A stretch of DNA of 64,000 nt from Cetorhinus maximus. Taxonomy: Eukaryota. Within the stretch, counting starts at the first letter, position 1, and each line of letters starts with the position of its first letter. The stretch is from contig NC_135915.1 of the NCBI RefSeq assembly GCF_964194155.1, positions 1,612,001 through 1,676,000 on the forward strand, in the 5' to 3' direction. Positions 61,801 through 64,000 of this stretch are shown in pieces. Under the pieces are notes generated by a model, which was given only the letters and a program-made list of their open reading frames with translations, searched no databases and was not told the DNA's origin. A program made the position numbers and the translations under genes.

Positions 61801-62230
61801 CAGCTGGCTGAAAGACTCAGTTGCTTGGCAGAGATCCCAGGGAAGCATAATAGAGATAATTAGCGCATCTGACGGGAGTCAAAACCAGGAGATAATGCAC
61901 TCATATTTGTGCTGGGAGATGGATGGTGTGGTGCAGGATCGTCAAGTGGTGCCCATAGCCAACGTCACCATTACTGCAAGCACGGCCCAGGATCTCAGCA
62001 GTTAGTTTGATGAGAGGCTGCTGAATGTGTGAGAGGTGTCTAACTTTTGCCAGTCCACCATAGGCCCTGGGACCTCACCTTGTAGTTATTACTCCGCTTC
62101 TCCTGCATGAAACAGATCCAGAGAGTGTGAGCAGGGCGCATGGCAATGCATCGAATGTTTGTGTTGTGAGCAGAGTCATCGGCTGGATGAGGACCTGAGC
62201 TCCAGAGGATGCGAGCCAGAGGAGGATGTG
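58850..62230 (-). mobile_element. PIF/Harbinger transposon remnant (TIR + Myb/SANT accessory-protein exons, minus)
   Basis: TIR-like GGACAGAATTTTCC at 58850-58863. Minus exon CAG|GAGAAGCGGAGTAATAAC gives EKRSNNYKVRSQG, like the EKLAHN.RE...TGGG segment of Harbinger Myb proteins. Confidence 0.5.
59500..60330 (-). mobile_element. Highly degenerate Penelope-like RT fragment
   Basis: Minus frames give IISIADQTETIVF, PDNPTP, ILPLPPHP and SAFTSRIP, in the same order as IKPADKGGAVV, DPT, FYLLPKIH and SLYTSIP. Confidence 0.35.
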
Positions 62231-62240
62231 AGGCCGTGTG

Positions 62241-62562
62241 TACAAAAGTACAGCACAGCAACAGGCCCTTCGGCCCTCCAAGCCTGCGCTGATCAAATTG
62301 CCCGTCAACTAAAACGTTTTTCACTTCTGTGGTCCGTATCCCTCTATTCCCATCCTATTCATGTATTTGTCAAGCTGCCTCTTAAACACCAGTATCGTAC
62401 GTGCTTCCACCACCTCCTCTGGCATCGAATTCCAGACACTCACTACCCTCTGCGTAACAAACGTGCCCCGCACATCTCCTCTATAGTTTTCTCCTCTCAC
62501 CTTAAATCTATGTCCCATACTAATTGACTCTTCCACCCTGGGAAAAAGCTTCTAACTATCTA
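62241..62562 (-). mobile_element. CR1 LINE 3' end
   Basis: ORF 62321-62536 GHRFKVRGENYRGDVRGTFVTQRVVSVWNSMPEEVVEA; tail hairpin GGGCCGAAGGGCC. Confidence 0.85.
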
Positions 62563-62921
62563 AGAGATAGAGAGAGAGAGAGAAACACAGAGACATTGAG
62601 AGAGACAGTGAGAGAGATAAAGAAAGGCAAACAGACAGGAGAGGCAGAGGAGAAGAGGCAGAGAGAGAGAGAGAGACCATGATATAGACAAAGGCTATTT
62701 TAGCAGGTGAGAAAGAGTGCTAAAGCGAGAGGGGAAGAGGGAAATAGAGCAAAGATGAAATGAGAGATAGTGTGAGAAAGAGAGTGAGAGAGTGAGGCTT
62801 AGAGAGAGCAAGATAAAAAGAGGGAGAGAGAGAGACATAAAGAGAGTAAAGAGGAAGATACAATAAGAGCCATTGAGCGAGAAGGAAATAATGAGAGCTA
62901 GAGACATAGTGAGAGAGAGTC

Positions 62922-62958
<37 letters not shown>

Positions 62959-64000
62959 TAGACAGACAAACGGATAGTGTGCGAGAGGGGGAGAGTGACA
63001 CAGAGAGAATTAGAGAGGCAGAGAGAGAGGGCGATCGAAAGCGATAAATAAAGAGGGTTGCTGGGCGAGAAGCAGAAAGTGAGGCAGAGAGAGAAATAGA
63101 GAGAGACAGGCAGAGAGAATGAGTGATTGAAAGAGTGAGAAGTTGAGAGGCAGAGTGTCTGACAGGGCGAGAGAGAAAGGGAGAGAGAGAGAGAGAGACA
63201 GTTAGTGAGAGGAGGAGAATGAAGTCAGAGGGGCTTAAATGCCCCGATTGAGGGAGGCAGAGGGAGATGGAGAGAGTGAGATTTAGAGACACAGTGAGAG
63301 CGACACAGAGAGAGAGGAAGAAAGAGGGAGAGTGAGGTAGAGTAAATTTGGAAATGAGAGAGAGGGAGAGAAAAGAGAGAGAGAGAGACCAAAGAGAGAG
63401 ATATATTTAGACAAACAGCGCGAGAGCAAGACAGAGAGAGACAGAGACAGAGAGTGAATGAGGCAGAGAGACAAAGTGAGAGATGGATGCAGAGGGAGAG
63501 TTAGGATGGGAGGGAGAAACTGAGAAAGAGAAAGAAAGGGAAACAGGGGGGGAGGGACACACAGACAGGCTGAGGCAGAGAAGAAGTGGCAGAGGGAGAG
63601 AAAGGGAGACCTCGAAATAGACAAAGGGAAGATTAGCAAATGAGAAAGAGAGAGAGAACGAAAGAGGGAAAAATAAAAAAGAGACAAGGAAAGAGAGAAA
63701 CTATTTGATACGCAGGGGGAGAGAGAGAGAAAGAGAGAGAGGGAGAGAGACAGAATGAGGGAATAAACCGGTAGAGAAAGAGGCAGCGAGAGCCATAGAG
63801 CAACAAGAAAAGACTGAGAGATAGAGTCACAGAGAGAGAGGCATAGAGAGAGAGAGAGAGACAGGCAGACAGACAAAGAGAGAGAGTGCTTGGGAGGGGG
63901 ATAGAGATAGAGAGAGATAGAGAGAGGCAGATATATAAAAATACAGAGTTAAATAATCAGATAGATAGATCGATAGATAGATAGATTGATTGATAGATAT
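62563..64000. repeat. GA-rich composite microsatellite; inverted copy of the 27540-35510 unit
   Basis: Reverse-complement anchors GACAAAGGGAAGATTAGCAA (~63620) and GAGTGTCTGACAGGGCGAGAG (~63152); ends in (GATA)n. Confidence 0.8.

Overview
Eukaryotic, repeat-dense genomic DNA, almost certainly from a cartilaginous fish. This is inferred from shark-type CR1 LINEs, Penelope elements and the GPR139/GPR142-like receptor family. The only host genes I can support are two minus-strand, two-exon class A GPCRs of that family. Gene 1 (26947-26884 + 16197-15254) has an intact exon 2 but a TAA stop in exon 1. Gene 2 (49869-49677 + 41745-40878) is a decayed pseudogene with a dead splice acceptor. The rest is CR1 LINEs, a Vingi-like LINE with target-site duplication, a Gypsy remnant, Penelope-like elements with degenerate hammerhead ribozymes, Harbinger fragments, microsatellite-rich tracts and tandem arrays. 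Two arrays stand out because their conserved parts match composite transcription-factor sites. One is a 41-bp CCAAT(NF-Y)+PBX/PREP array at the 3' end of gene 1. The other is a ~3-kb, 32-bp TAATGA-A-TCCCTGGGGA (homeodomain + EBF/Olf-1) array upstream of the receptor pair, resembling olfactory-receptor enhancer motifs. Functional readings are inference; no searches were run. Element boundaries are approximate unless junction bases are quoted.
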